Origin: Macrostomum lignano
Lineage: Eukaryota
Length of the DNA stretch: 64,000 nt
Direction of reading: 5' to 3'
Assembly: GCA_002269645.1 (NCBI GenBank)
Contig: NIVC01001969.1
Span: forward strand, 1 to 64,000
This document shows, in pieces, positions 1 through 13,115 of this stretch; position 1 is the stretch's first letter, and each line of letters starts with the position of its first letter. The notes under the pieces were generated by a model. The model was not told where the DNA came from, did not search any database, and worked only from the letters and a program-made list of their open reading frames with translations. Both the position numbers and the translations under genes were made by a program.

Positions 1-3000
1 GGAAACACAGGTTGTAAATATTTTCATCTGAAATGGCAACAACAGCTCTTGGATAAATGTGTCTCTGTTTGGGTGATTAGGGGGCTTGCACTTCATCATT
101 TTACTTCCTGTGATAAGCTAAACAAGTTTTTTGCAAGACTGGAGAAGCGAAAAATTTGCGATACTGCATTAATTCTGATGCAGCATTCCTTTAAAATTAC
201 AGTTTTCTAACTGAGAATCGCCCCTCTAAGAATCATTTTTCTAAGAATTGACTCTCTAAGAATCGCCTTTGTAAGAATCGCCCCTCTCAGAATCGCCCCT
301 CTCAGAATCGCTCCTCTAAGAATCTCCCCTTTAAGAATCTCCCCTCTAAGAATCTCCCCTCTAAGAATCTCTCCTCTAAGATTCTCCCCTCTAAGAATCG
401 CCCCTCTAAGAATTGTCCCTCCAATAATCGCCCCTCTGAGAATCGCACCTTTAAGAATCGCCGTCTAAGAATCGCCCTTCCAAGAATCGCCCCTCTAAGA
501 ATCGCCCTCTAAGAATCGCCCTCTAAGAATCGCCCTCTAAGAATCGCCCCCTAAGAATCGCCCTCTAAGAATCGCCCCTCTAAGAATCGCCCCTAAGAAT
601 CGCCCTCTAAGAATCGCCCTCTAAGAATCGCCCTCTAAGAATCGCCCCTCTAAGAATCGCCCCCTAAGAATCGCCGTCTAAGAATCGCCCCTCTGAGAAT
701 CGCCCCTCTAAGAATCGTCCTTTAAGAATCGCCCCTCTAAGAATCGCCCCCTAAGAATCGCCCTCTAAAAATCGCACCCCTAGAATCGCCGTCTAAGAAT
801 CGCCCCTCTAAGAATCGCCCTTTAAGAATCGCCCCTCTAAGAATCGCCCCCTTAGAATCGCCCTCTAAGAATCGCACCCCTAAGAATCGCCGTCTAAGAA
901 TCGCCCCTCTAAGAATCGCCCCTCTAAGAATCGCCCCTAAGAATCGCCCTCTAAGAATCGCCCCCTAAGAATCACCTCTCTAAGAATCACCCCTCTAAGA
1001 AACACCCTCTAAGAATCACCCTCTAAAAATCGCCCCTCTAAGATTCTCCCTGACGAAAGCGCAACCTGAATGGAAGCCAGTCCGAACACAAAAGTTCATA
1101 GATGCGAACACGAGGCAACTCGAAACTGCACCCTGCAGAGTTGGCCTGCATTTCCTAAAAGCAGATCGCAACTGATTTGCAAACAGCTGCACAGAATCTG
1201 CAGCACACAGAGACCCAGTTGTCAGCCATTTCCACAAGTCAGTGCAGGCATTTCCATACAGCAGTTCCCACGCTTTTGTGCTTAGCGAAGGTTGCAGAGA
1301 AATGCAGTGTAGTACAAAATTGGAGATTAGCAATTACATACTGAGCAAGTGGCTGTAGCAAATGTACTTTTAAATCTTGTTTAGATTATGCTTACAAGTC
1401 TTGTGAAGAAATAGTTCAATTTCAATGTTGAAACATGATTTTGATGTAGAGTCAAAGTAAGACGGGCGATTCTTAGAGGTGTTTCGTTGAAGGGAGATTC
1501 TTAGAGGCGATTCTTAGAGGGCCATTCTCAGAGGGGCGATTCTTAGACGGCGATTCTTAGGGGTGCGATTCTTAGAGGGGCGATTCTTAGGGGTGCGATT
1601 CTTAGAGGGGTGATTCTTAGGGGGCGATTCTTAGAGGGGTGATTCTTAGGGGGCGATTCTTAGAGGGGAGATTCTTAAAGGGCAATATTTAAAGGGGCGA
1701 TTCTTAGAGGGCGATATTTAATGGCCTTAGAGGGGCGATTCTTAGAGGGGTGATTCTTAGAGGGGCGATTCTTAGAGGGTGATTCTTAGAGGGCGATATT
1801 TAAAGAGGCGATTCTCAGAGGGGCGATTCCTAGAGTGGTGTTTCGTTGAAGAGAGATTCTTAGAGGGGCGATTCTTAGAGGGTGATTCTTAGGGGGCGAT
1901 TCTTAGAGGGGAGATTCTTAAAGGGCAATATTTAAAGGGGCGATTCTTAGAGGAGCGACTCTCAGAGGGGCGATTCTTAGAGGGCGATATTTAATGGCCT
2001 TAGAGGGGCGATTCTTAGAGGGGTGATTCTTAGAGGGGCGATTCTTAGAGGGTGATTCTTAGAGGGCGATATTTAAAGAGGCGATTCTCAGAGGGGCGAT
2101 TCCTAGAGTGGTGTTTCGTTGAAGAGAGATTCTTAGAGGGGCGATTCTTAGAGGGTGATTCTTAGAGGGGCGATTCTTAGAGGGGTGATTCTTAGTCGGG
2201 CGATATTTAAAGGGGCGATACTTAGAGGGGCGATTCTTAGAGGGCGATTCTCAGAGGGGCGATTTTTAGAGGGGCAATTCTTAAAGGGGCGATTCTTAGA
2301 GGGGCGATTCTTAGAGGGGCGATTCTTAGAGGGGCGATTCTCCGATGGGGATTCCAAGAAATGAATTTTGATTCATAAATAAATACTTAAATATTTTCCG
2401 AGATGAGAAAACATTGCGCAAGTGATTACATACTTATTACCAACCAGCCCATTGCTCGCACGCAGCTGATAGCATACTGTATCGAAGGCTTTCCCACGCT
2501 CTGATAGAAGAACCAAAATTATATTTTTTACTTATTTGTTGCCTTTGATGCCATGCAAGCTCAATAATAGTTTGAAAAACATCCATGCAAGGAAAAAGTG
2601 CTTTTTCTATTTCGTCATTCGGTACTCTTATTTGCTGATTTTAGTATAATTTTATTGAAAATGTGCACTGCACTACTTATTTCAGTAGAGAATTATGAAT
2701 GCAAAAGACAGGATATAAAAAACCGAGATTAAGCATGTTCCCTTTTTAAACGGATTCAAGCCTACATTTTGAGGATGTTATATGCTTTAGATGCTACTCT
2801 TAGTGAAAGCAAGTACCCTAGAGTGATTTTTGCTCTTAAAATTACTTTAAAAATTATAAAAAACTTGACACATTTTTTGTACTTGATTAGAAGAGAAGTA
2901 GACTGCGGTACACAGAAATATAAGAGAGGTAGACTGGATAGACAGCCAAATGGAGAGGTAGACAGGAACTGAGACAAAAATGTGGACAGGGACTGAGAAG

Positions 3001-4971
3001 TAGACAGGAACTGAGAAGTAGACAGGAACTGAGAAGTAGACAGGAACTGAGAAGTAGACAGGGACTGAGAAGTAGACAGGAACTGAGAAGTAGACAGGGA
3101 CTGAGAAGTAGACAGGAACTGAGAAGTAGACAGGAACTGAGAAGTAGACAGGGACTGAGAAGTTGACAGGGACTGAGAAGTAGACAGGAACTGAAAAGTA
3201 GACAGGAACTGAGAAGTAGACAGGGACTGAGAAGTAGACAAGGACTGAAAAGTAGACTGGAACTGAGAAGTAGACAGGGACTGGGAAGTAGACAGGGACT
3301 GAGAAGTAGACAGGAACTGAGAAGTAGACAGGGACTGAGAAGTAGGCAGGGACTGAGACAAAAATGTGGACAGGGACTGAGAAGTAGACAGGGACTGAGA
3401 AGTAGACAGGAACAGAAAAGTAGACAGGAACAGAGAATTAGTCAGAGGCTGAGAAGTGGAAAGGGACTGAGAAGTAGACAGGGACTGAGAAGTAGACAGG
3501 GGCTGAAAAGTAGACAGGAACTGAGAAGTAGACAGGGACTGAGAAGTAGACAGGAACTGAGAAGTAGACAGGGACTGAGAAGTAGACAGGGACTGAGAAG
3601 TAGACAGGGACTGAGAAGTAGACAGGAACTGAGAAGTAGACAGGAACTGAGAAGTAGACAAGGACTGAAAAGTAGACAGGAACTGAGAAGTAGACAGGAA
3701 CTGAGAAGTAGACAGGGGCTGAGAAGTAGACAGAGACTGAGAAGTAGACAGGGACTGAGAAGTAGACAGGAACTGAGAAGTAGACAGGAACTGAGAAGTA
3801 GACAGGAACTGAGAAGTAGACAGGAACTGAGAAGTAGACAGGAACTGAGAAGTAGACAGGGACTGAGAAGTAGACAGAGACTGAAGAGTAGACAAGAGAG
3901 AGAATGGCAAAGTGAGATTCAAGGCAGGTATTAAGCAGAATCGAGGCCCACACAGAATGAGCAGAGGGGCAGGGGGCAGATGAGCAGTCAGTGAACCGAA
4001 TGGGACTCAGGCAGGATCTGAAGCTCTCGGAGCAATCTATCTGGATGGCTGGCAGTTGCAGCGGGGGGGGGGTTTGGAACTCGTCAAAAATTGGCTAGTC
4101 ATCAGGGAGGCAGTCAGCAGAGCCACCCCGCTCCCCAACCCCCCTCCTCCGCGGCAGGAGCAGCAAGCTGCTCATCAAAGATCGACTCAGATCGATGCCG
4201 AAGATAGTTCCCAGCCTCCGGGCCTTCATCCGTATCCTTACTTAGCTGGCCTTGAGTTCAACAATGCATATGAAAAGAGTCTGATGGTTGCCGGGGGGGA
4301 GGGGCTTGGAGCTGATGAGAAGTCAGCCAAGAGCTTCGAGTCGACAACTTGAAGGGAGATTAAGGTTTGAGAGAGACTTAGCTGCACCGAATAGTTTAAT
4401 GATGCCCGGTTGCTAGGGGAGGGGGGGGTTCGGCCCTCAGACAGGTATTAACCTGGGATTTCTTTAACTATCACTGGTCTGATTTGAAGACAGTCGGTCC
4501 CCTCTTACTCAAGCTCTCGAATCTACCCCACCAAGCCTGATATCGAAGTTCGAGTCCGTTGCAAAACCCGATTAGCATTTTACAATGCTGCCACAAGGCA
4601 GACACCAAGGACTTGATTGCCTAAACACATTAATAATCTTTAGTGCACCGGAGAGCTTTCAGTTTTCGTTTGTTAATTTCGTGCGGTCTGGCTGGCTATC
4701 AATAAATCAAAGCACGCTTTTTTCTAGTACCTTTTCGCTGCATAAGGGCTGCAAAAGTGAAAATGCCAATAGAGCTGAGCCCCCGGGTGACCTGGATTCT
4801 ATTTTAACAAAACAAACTGCAAAAGCAAACTACGCAGCAAAGCGAAACAAAAAAGCAGAAGAAGAAGCATGATGAAGATGCACAGGTAGGAACTCACCTT
4901 GATGCGGTTGCAGCCTTGGCATGGTCAGGACTCCTTTGACTCGAGAAGCTCACCCGCTTCCACCGAGCCAC
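1..4971 (-). CDS. Candidate unannotated spliced gene (hand-built model; runs off the left edge of the window)
   Basis: Minus-strand exon candidates with compatible phases: ~4971-4898 (donor AG|GTGAGT), 2500-2441 (acceptor TTCTTCTATCAG, donor TG|GTAATA, 60 nt), 1280-1066 (CTAAT branch, AG-free zone, AAG acceptor; donor CAG|GTTGCG; open frame) and 27-1 (acceptor CCATTTCAG). Joined: ..ATASRAWESLRYSMLSAACEQWAGCTKAWELLYG..SMNFCVRTGFHSDENIYNLCF. No family recognised with certainty. Confidence 0.3.
211..1050 (+). repeat. 15-bp minisatellite (CTAAGAATCGCCCCT)n, left arm of an inverted pair
   Basis: Direct reading; 13-15-bp variants, roughly 55 units. Confidence 0.97.
1464..2357 (-). repeat. Same 15-bp minisatellite in reverse orientation (AGGGGCGATTCTTAG)n, with an internal ~270-bp duplication
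   Basis: Reverse complement of the 211-1050 unit; the variant GTTTCGTTGAAG recurs at ~1482, ~1842 and ~2112. Confidence 0.97.
2936..3895 (+). repeat. 18-bp minisatellite (GAGAAGTAGACAGG[A/G]ACT)n
   Basis: Direct reading; explains the LSTSQF/S ORF at 2762-3922. Confidence 0.97.
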
Positions 4972-5659
4972 TGCAGAGACTGGACGCTCGTTGAGCTCGC
5001 TGGCTTTATTTATATACGGTAGGTGGCGCCTCGGACTGCGGAGCCTCATATGAATTTGAAATGAGCGAAGGACACACACACACAGACACACGCTCGCACT
5101 GAGAGCTGAGCTGAGCGCATCAGGAGGGGCGCCAGCAGCTGAAGGCTTTTGAATATTCACCAATATTCCCTGGGCCGTCATGAATATGGAAGAGGCATTA
5201 GAATAATAATGAGAGAGAAAGGAGAGCAGAGCGGACAGTGAGGGGTCTGCGAAAGTCCTCCTCTGCTGCAGAGCAGAGTGGCTCCAGCAGGCGAGTGGCG
5301 CATTGCGTGTCAGCCTGTCTTGTCTGCCGCTTCTGGTGGGTGGCCGTCGGGAAAGTTCTTTGCATGACGGCAAATCTTCACGGCTATATGATGAGCTGGA
5401 CTATTTGCATACAGACTAACGGGAGCTGCATGCTCACAGGGACTCCTCTAGCAGCATTGATCTCCCCAGTCTCTTGAGTTTGTTTGACTATGCCCTGTTG
5501 ACTCTGCTAGCTAAGTCTTGTAGGAGCAACACAGAGGCCTGCAAATTGCTTCGATTCGAATTCTCAGCTGCCAAGTTATTGATTTCCTCGGATGTGAAGT
5601 TGTTAGGCCGGACATTGCTCAGCGCTATTGAGGGGGCAGTGTGACTCATCTGAGTTATT

Positions 5660-6020
5660 GGAATCTGACTTGGGGGTGGTGGCATCTGACTCAGGGGTGT
5701 TGGAATTTGACTCAGGGGTGTTGGAATCTGACTTAGGGGTGTTCGAATCTGACTCAGGGGTATTGGAATTTGACTCAGGGGTGTTGGAATTTGACTCAGG
5801 GGTGTTGGAATTTGACTCAGGGGTATTGGAATTTGACTCAGGGGTGTTGGAATTTGACTCAGGGGTATTGGAATCTGACTCAGGGGTGTTGGAATCTGAC
5901 TCAGGGGTGTTGGAATCTGACTCAGGGGTGTTGGAATCTGACTCAGGGGTAATGGAATCTGACTCAGGGGTGTTGGAATCTGACTCAGGGGTGGTGGAAT
6001 CTGACTCAAGGGTGTTGTAA
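5660..6020 (+). repeat. 21-bp minisatellite (CTGACTCAGGGGTGTTGGAAT)n
   Basis: About 17 units, most containing TGACTCA. Confidence 0.96.
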
Positions 6021-6476
6021 TCTGACACAGGCGGATAACTGACACAGGCGGATAACTGACACAGGCGGATAACTGACACAGGTGGATAACTGACACAGGT
6101 GGATAACTGACACAGGCGGATAACTGACACAGGTGGATAACTGACACAGGCGGATAACTGACACAGGTGGATAACTGACACAGGCGGATAACTGACACAG
6201 GTGGATAACTGACACAGGCGGATAACTGACACAGGCGGATAACTGACACAGGTGGATAACTGACACAGGTGGATAACTGACACAGGCGGATAACTGACAC
6301 AGGTGGATAACTGACACAGGTGGATAACTGACACAGGTGGATAACTGACACAGGCGGATAACTGACACAGGTGGATAACTGACACAGGCGGATAACTGAC
6401 ACAGGTGGATAACTGACACAGGTGGATTACTGACACAGGTGGATAACTGACACAGGTAGATAGCTGACACAGGTGA
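6021..6476 (+). repeat. 17-bp minisatellite (CTGACACAGG[C/T]GGATAA)n abutting the 21-bp array
   Basis: About 27 units; the 17-aa period of the ORF track (51 nt) confirms the unit length. Confidence 0.96.
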
Positions 6477-6918
6477 AGAATTACTGCAGAAAAGCTTATT
6501 CACTCAACTCTCATTTCAAATCCCAACTTCAGCTTTCTCAGAAAGTCAACTCAAGAGGAAGCAGCGGCGGCTCAACAGTGGAGCGGAACGTGATAGAGCA
6601 TTAATAATTGGGGAAGAGACTCCGGATCCTCCTGGGAGATTAGGGATTAGCGGAACAGGAAAGGCAAGAGCGGATTACGGGGACTGGAGCGGGCAGGAAG
6701 CAGATCCACCAGTCAAATTTGATAAGAAATCTTTGTACGGAAAGAGAACCGCGCCTTTTGAAAATGTTGAAGTCATTCAAAGCATGACAAGGGTCCGGTG
6801 TTTGCCCGAGACAATCAGCTGAGGATCAGACAAGACCTCAGGCATTCGTGCACTGTAGGGGTAAAAATCTCATAATGGAATCTTCTTCGTGACATCTGTG
6901 TAGCCCAACTCGAAATCT

Positions 6919-7580
6919 GGAAAGTGGCACGCCATCATTGACACCCGAAAAGTGGCACGCCATTATTGACACCCGAAAAGTGGCACGCCATTATTGACAC
7001 CCGAAAAGTGGCATGCCATTATTGACACCCGAAAAGTGGCATGCCATTATTGACAACTGAAAAGTGGCTCGCCATTATTGACAACCGAAAAGTGGCACGA
7101 CATTAATGACAACCGAAAAGTGGCACGACATTAATGACGCTCGAGAAGTGGCACGACATTAATGACGCTCGAAAAGTGGCACGACATTAATGACGCTCGA
7201 AAAGTGGCACGACATTAATGACGCTCGAAAAGTGGCACGACATTAATGACACCCGAAAAGTGGCACGACATTAATGACGCTCGAAAAGTGGCACGACATT
7301 AATGACGCTCGAAAAGTGGCACGACATTAATGACGCTCGAAAAGTGGCACGACATTAATGACACCCGAAAAGTGGCACGACATTAATGACGCTCGAAAAG
7401 TGGCACGACATTAATGACGCTCGAAAAGTGGCACGACATTAATGACAACCGAAAAGTGGCACGACATTAATGACGCTCGAAAAGTGGCACGACATTAATG
7501 ACAACCGAAAAGTGGCACGACATTAATGACACCCGAAAAGTGGCACGACATTATTGACACCCGGATAGTGGCACGCAATT
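6919..7580 (+). repeat. 28-bp minisatellite (GAAAAGTGGCACGACATTAATGACGCTC)n
   Basis: About 23 units, with a left-to-right gradient of variants. Confidence 0.96.
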
Positions 7581-8067
7581 TTTGACCTTGTTGCGACGCA
7601 GACTGTGACCACCACTTCTGTACACCAGCAGCAAGCAGTCAGCTAAAAACGATCCCCTGTCAGACCGTCAGCTTCAACCGACGTAGCATGCTTCACCATC
7701 GTACGGAAAAGAGTCCTTGGCGCCCCCCGCGAAAGACCACAGAGGATTGGACACTGCACCAAAAGGAGCCCAGGCGTCTGGGCCGACCCTTCGCTCCAGT
7801 CCCAGAAAGCTGTTGATATGCAAAGTTTATGCAAATTTTGATAATCCCTGGCTACCCGCGATCTGGGGCCGGTCTAAGAGCGTTCGGGGTTGCGGCCGCT
7901 GGCTGGGCGTGCATCTCCATAACTCCATCAAGCAGTGTTTAACATATAAATGAACGGGCCATAATTGAATAGTGACTCTCCGGCTGAGACTGCCGGCTGG
8001 GAAGCGAGGGGGGGGGTGGAGGAGGAGGAGGAGATGAGCGGCGAGGAGATTCCGGGAGGCGAACGGA

Positions 8068-8267
8068 TATAAAGAGACGCCGCGCTCCCGTCTTGATGTT
8101 GGCAACTCTCGTCGGTCTCTAGGCCGGGCTTCGCAACGCGTGTCCTGCCGCTTGCTTCTTGGCTGCTGGCTCCTGGAAGAAGAAGATTAAAAAAGAAAGA
8201 AGACTTAAAGAAGACTGGCAACCATGCGGTTGCTCTGAGCTGCGACAGTGTCAGAGGGCAGGTAAGA
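8068..8267 (+). promoter_or_regulatory. Candidate TATA promoter plus non-coding first exon
   Basis: TATAAAG at 8068-8074 in GC-rich unique DNA; strong donor CAG|GTAAGA at 8261/8262; perfect octamers at 7829 and 8368. Confidence 0.3.
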
Positions 8268-9285
8268 GAACGACTGTCATTGGCCATCCTAAAACTCCTT
8301 CCCCAACCCTTCTCGCACTACAGAGTGATCAACGGGTTTAATTAAAACAAACTGTAGCCGAAATTAAATGCAAATTCCAGTTCCCCCGGAAGACAACAGG
8401 CGGCCTCTTACTGGACAGCGTCTTCCGGGGGGGCAATAAAGGCTTTAGAAAATAAACTAACTCAACAGGGAATTAGTAGCGGCTTTACTATACCAGCTAT
8501 AGCCATTTTTACTGCTTTGAGTTGGTGTGAAAATCCAGGAGACTGAAAAAAACACTACAGAGAATGGCTGACTGACTGACTGACTGATGAAGACTGATGA
8601 AGACTGAAGACCAATCAAGCGGTCTCATCCTTCCAAGCCTCAACACCTCGGACTTGTGCGAGTCTGGCGCTACTGTTTAATAAGCTCATTTGAGAGGGGG
8701 GACGGTTCTCGGCTCGCCGCCTTCATTCATTTGGCTGTAGAAGCAGAAGAAAAATGAGCAGGCTGAGAGAGAGAGAAGTTTTCTAACGGGATTTATCCCA
8801 CACTCCCACACCGAGCACGCGTCCCGACTCCAAGGGGCCGACGGACCGCGAGCTCTGATGAAACTCCGAGGTCCTAATTCCCAAATCAATCAGACGGACT
8901 TGGGACTCGGCCTGTCGGCGAAACGCCGGCGGAGAAAATGAGAGAGAGAGAGAGGGGGGAATAAGATCCCCTACTGTGGATCCGGAGAATCTTCTGGTGT
9001 CTCCGCGACTTCGCGCCCCCAACGGACTGGCAGAGAAACTGCAGGGGAGACGAGGAGAGCACATGGGGATAGGAGAGAAAAAGTCCCCCCAATCTATTCT
9101 GTCTGCCTGAGCTGCCCGCACCGACTCAAGCTGGCTGGGAATTCATCTTTTTAGAGGATTTGGAGGGATATTGGCGTGGGCTGGGGAGTTTTTGGGCTTC
9201 GACAGGCGATCCTGAGCTGCTGCCTGCTGGACACGAACTGCAAGGGCTCTCGTAGCATAACTTGGGCACGCTTCTCTGAGATGAA

Positions 9286-10172
9286 CTGAGACAGACACTG
9301 AGACAGACACTGAGACAGACACTGAGACAGACACTGAGACAGACACTGAGACAGACACTAAGACAGACACTGAGACAGACACTGAGACAGACACTGAGAC
9401 AGACACTGAGACAGACACTGAGACAGACACTGAGACAGACACTGAGACAGACACTGAGACAGACACTGAGACAGACACTGAGACAGACACTGAGACAGAC
9501 ACTGAGACAGACACTGAGACAGACAATAAGACAGACACTGAGACAGATACTGAGGCAGACACTGAGACAGACACTGAGACAGACACTGAGGCAGACACTG
9601 AGACAGACACTAAGACAGACACTGAGACAGACACTGAGACAGACACTGAGACAGACACTGAGACAGACACTGAGACAGACACTGAGACAGACACTGAGAC
9701 AGACACTGAGACAGACACTGAGACAGACACTGAGACAGACACTGAGACAGACACTGAGACAGAGACTGAGACAGACACTGAGACAGACACTGAGACAGAC
9801 ACTGAGACAGACACTGAGACAGACACTGAGACAGACACTGAGACAGAAACTGAGACAGACACTGAGACAGACACTGAGACAGACACTGAGACAGACACTG
9901 AGACAGACACTGAGACAGACACTGAGACAGATACTGAGACAGATACTGAGACAGACACTGAGACAGACACTGAGACAGACACTGAGACAGATACTGAGAC
10001 AGATACTGAGACAGACACTGAGACAGACACTGAGACAGACACTGAGACAGACACTGAGACAGACACTGAGACAGACACTGAGACAGACACTGAGACAGAC
10101 ACTGAGACAGACACTGAGACAGACACTGAGGCAGACACTGAGACAGACACTGAGACACACTGAGACAGACAC
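9286..10172 (+). repeat. 12-bp minisatellite (CTGAGACAGACA)n
   Basis: About 73 nearly identical units. Confidence 0.98.
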
Positions 10173-12416
10173 CAAGAGAGGCCAAATTTAATTAGACAAA
10201 ACTGAATAGGCAAAGCGCCTGCCACAAAAAAGTGTCTCAATTTCCAGCTGGTCCAAGCCTCGGGCCCAATGTTGCACTTCCTGGCCTGGCCGGAGCCAAA
10301 CACTTTCCCCACTGTATCTTATTACGAAATTTTTAATTAAGGAAATTTAATAGCCATAACTTTGCTGTCGAAGCCCAGCAAAACACGCAGCAGGAGTAGC
10401 AGCAGCTCAAAACTCCACCATATGTAGCGAAGGCCGAATTGCATTGAGGATTCTCACTTCGAACGCGTCCCAAGTCGTGTCTGATGAGGCCAAATAGCGC
10501 GGAGTTTGGCTGGGCCTTCCGACCAGTCGCTACAAAAGAGGGGCAACAAAAAACCCAACACACACAGACACACACACTGGAATTCATCTCCCAAATGCCT
10601 TGCAAAGTGAAAGATATTGTTGAAAAGACGAAATTGCATCCCTAATTCCCGGACACCAGCCAAAGGGCGGGGAAGTTTTCACCCCAGAGTCTGGACTCAG
10701 AACTCTGGAGACAGCATCGTGAGACGAGCGAATGTGGGATAATTTTTAATTCCTTTCGCTGTCCCAGTTTCCCCCAAACATTCCTGGTGGCTGTTTTTTG
10801 CTCGATTTTCTTCGGGCACGTTTCTCGGCTTTGCGCATGAGCGCACGTCGCTTCATGCAGAGGTGCGAAAGTTGAGCAGAGTTCAAGAACCAAATAGTGG
10901 AAATTAATTAATTAACTTTCACCTCTTCGATTTTCTATGGGTCTGATTTGAAGAGTGAACTCAAGTGACAGCTTCTGAGACAGCGATTGCGCGGCAGGTG
11001 TCAGAAAGGGACAGAACAATCACCTTGAGAAGTGCTCACTATCGTAGGGCATGAGAATAGCTATACAAAATTTCAGGATCGCTATGTGCACCCTGGCGCA
11101 CTTTAAGCGACATTGTCACACAACCGGCGAGAGGCATTACTGGCCATTCCGCCGACTCCCCTGAGCAGGCACATATTTCCACAGGAGTGTACAGCTGCCC
11201 TAACTATATTGTTAGGCATGTACACTTCTTCACTGTACCTTGGGGGTTGGCTCTCAAGGGTACTAATTGCACGAGCAGAGCCAAGCCGAGATTCCAATTT
11301 AGCCTCAAATTAATGTGACTGCACTTGGAATCGAGCCTGGGCCACTGGTACATACTCTTAGGAGCGGAGCGCCGCGCCAGACCACTAGTCTACGACCCGT
11401 ATAGATTCAACTACGCTTTATACATCCCGAGCATGTTCGAATAAAGAAATTGAACAAAGACTTGTACAAAGATTGCGGTGGCTATTCCAAAATGTTTGTC
11501 CCACCACTTTTGTACCATACGAATGCAACGTACCTACTCGTCAAGAATAAAATATGAGATAAGATAAGATGCAAGAGATAAGAGAGGTATTACGAATTAG
11601 AAGCATAAGTAGAAGGAATAGAGCAGAGAGAAGAGAGCAAAGAGGAGACGAGGAGATGAGAGAAAAGATTAGAAGAGAAGAGAAGAGGAGAAGAGAAGAG
11701 GAGAGAGTTGTGAAAAGACACAGACCCTGCTAGAACATGAAGCCCCCTATTGAGCATCCACAATGTCACAGCCAGGGACAGACTTAGTCACGAACTTTTG
11801 CAATAAAATATAATAATAATAGTAGAAAGAGAATAGAAAATATTATCAGGCAGTCACTCTCACCCTCCATCTCTCATTCGCCACCCTCCGCGCCCACCCA
11901 CCATGCAAAAAAGCAAATCAAAGTTCTGGCAAACAAAGCAGCCAGAGCGCAGATCCTGTCAGTCAACATCAGGACAGCGTGGAGTCTGGAGCTATCTTAG
12001 GGCAGTAAGACAATCCTTTATATTTAGCGGGGAATCTCAGGATTTCATAGAACCTCATCGCCCCCTCCCGAGCCCCCAGACTCTAAGCAGGCAGCTGGAG
12101 CCGGCAAACATGACGGAAACTCAACAGCTGGTCGGGGGTGACGTCCGCCCGCAGCACGATGAGGCGCGTGGCGAAAAGCTAATCAAGGATGCTGCGTGCC
12201 GCCCGCTGACGGGCCAAAAATCTGATTCCCCGATCCTGCGGGGGACGGCTCCGCCTCCCGCTGCCTGATGATGTTTGACAGCTCCATTTGAGGCCGACCG
12301 TGAATAGGAAAATTCTACCAGCTCCGTTGGGAAGCTTTCAAAGTTAGCGTAGCGATGGGGCTTTGTTTGTCCAATTGGGGCTGTGAGATGCCGCTCGGTT
12401 GAGCGAACTTCACCTA

Positions 12417-12444
12417 TCTGTCTGTCTGTCTGTCTGTCTGTCTT

Positions 12445-12509
<65 letters not shown>

Positions 12510-12510
12510 A
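12417..12510 (+). repeat. (TCTG)n microsatellite
   Basis: Direct reading. Confidence 0.97.
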
Positions 12511-13115
12511 TTCTATGAAAAGATTTATAATAGAAATATCCATTATGCAATCTTGAACAATAGCAAGCGTATAAAGCTTCAATCCCATTATTTAAGCAAT
12601 CCTGAAATTCCACGCCAATCAATTGCTTGTCATCTCACTCAGAAATCTGAAGCCGCTGCCCCGTGAGCCTCTGAAAACATCCGGCCCCGGCCATCCATCA
12701 GACTGAGCAGCCGCAGTCAGCAGGAAAACAGGGAAAAGTTACTCAATCGCCTAAACTCCTTTCACTGACGGAAAGCAACGGAGGCTGGGCGGTGCTTCCG
12801 GGGAGCAGCTTCAGGGTTCAATAGCCTTAAGGTCACCCTCTGTCTGCAGTGGCGTTCGTTTTCCTCTCCTTCACTCTGCTGTGTCTGCGTTCTCTCCGCA
12901 ATGTCAAGAGATCTGCGGCCATCTGTGTTGCAGGATGAATTGAGGGTCAGCCATTTCTGTGCGCGCGAGTGTGTGTCCTTTTCCAGCGCCATTCTGCGAC
13001 TCTCTCGCCCTCCGTCTGTGCCTGCCGGCTCTGCATGGTTTTGTGAATCTCGCCTCCTCTCTGCTGAGCGTTCCTTGCAATCCATCTGCTAATATACTTT
13101 ATTTGGCTCTCTAAC

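Noticed and set aside
10482-10530. CTGATGAG followed by a GCCAAA/TTTGGC stem, resembling a hammerhead
   Set aside because: No GAAA after the stem.
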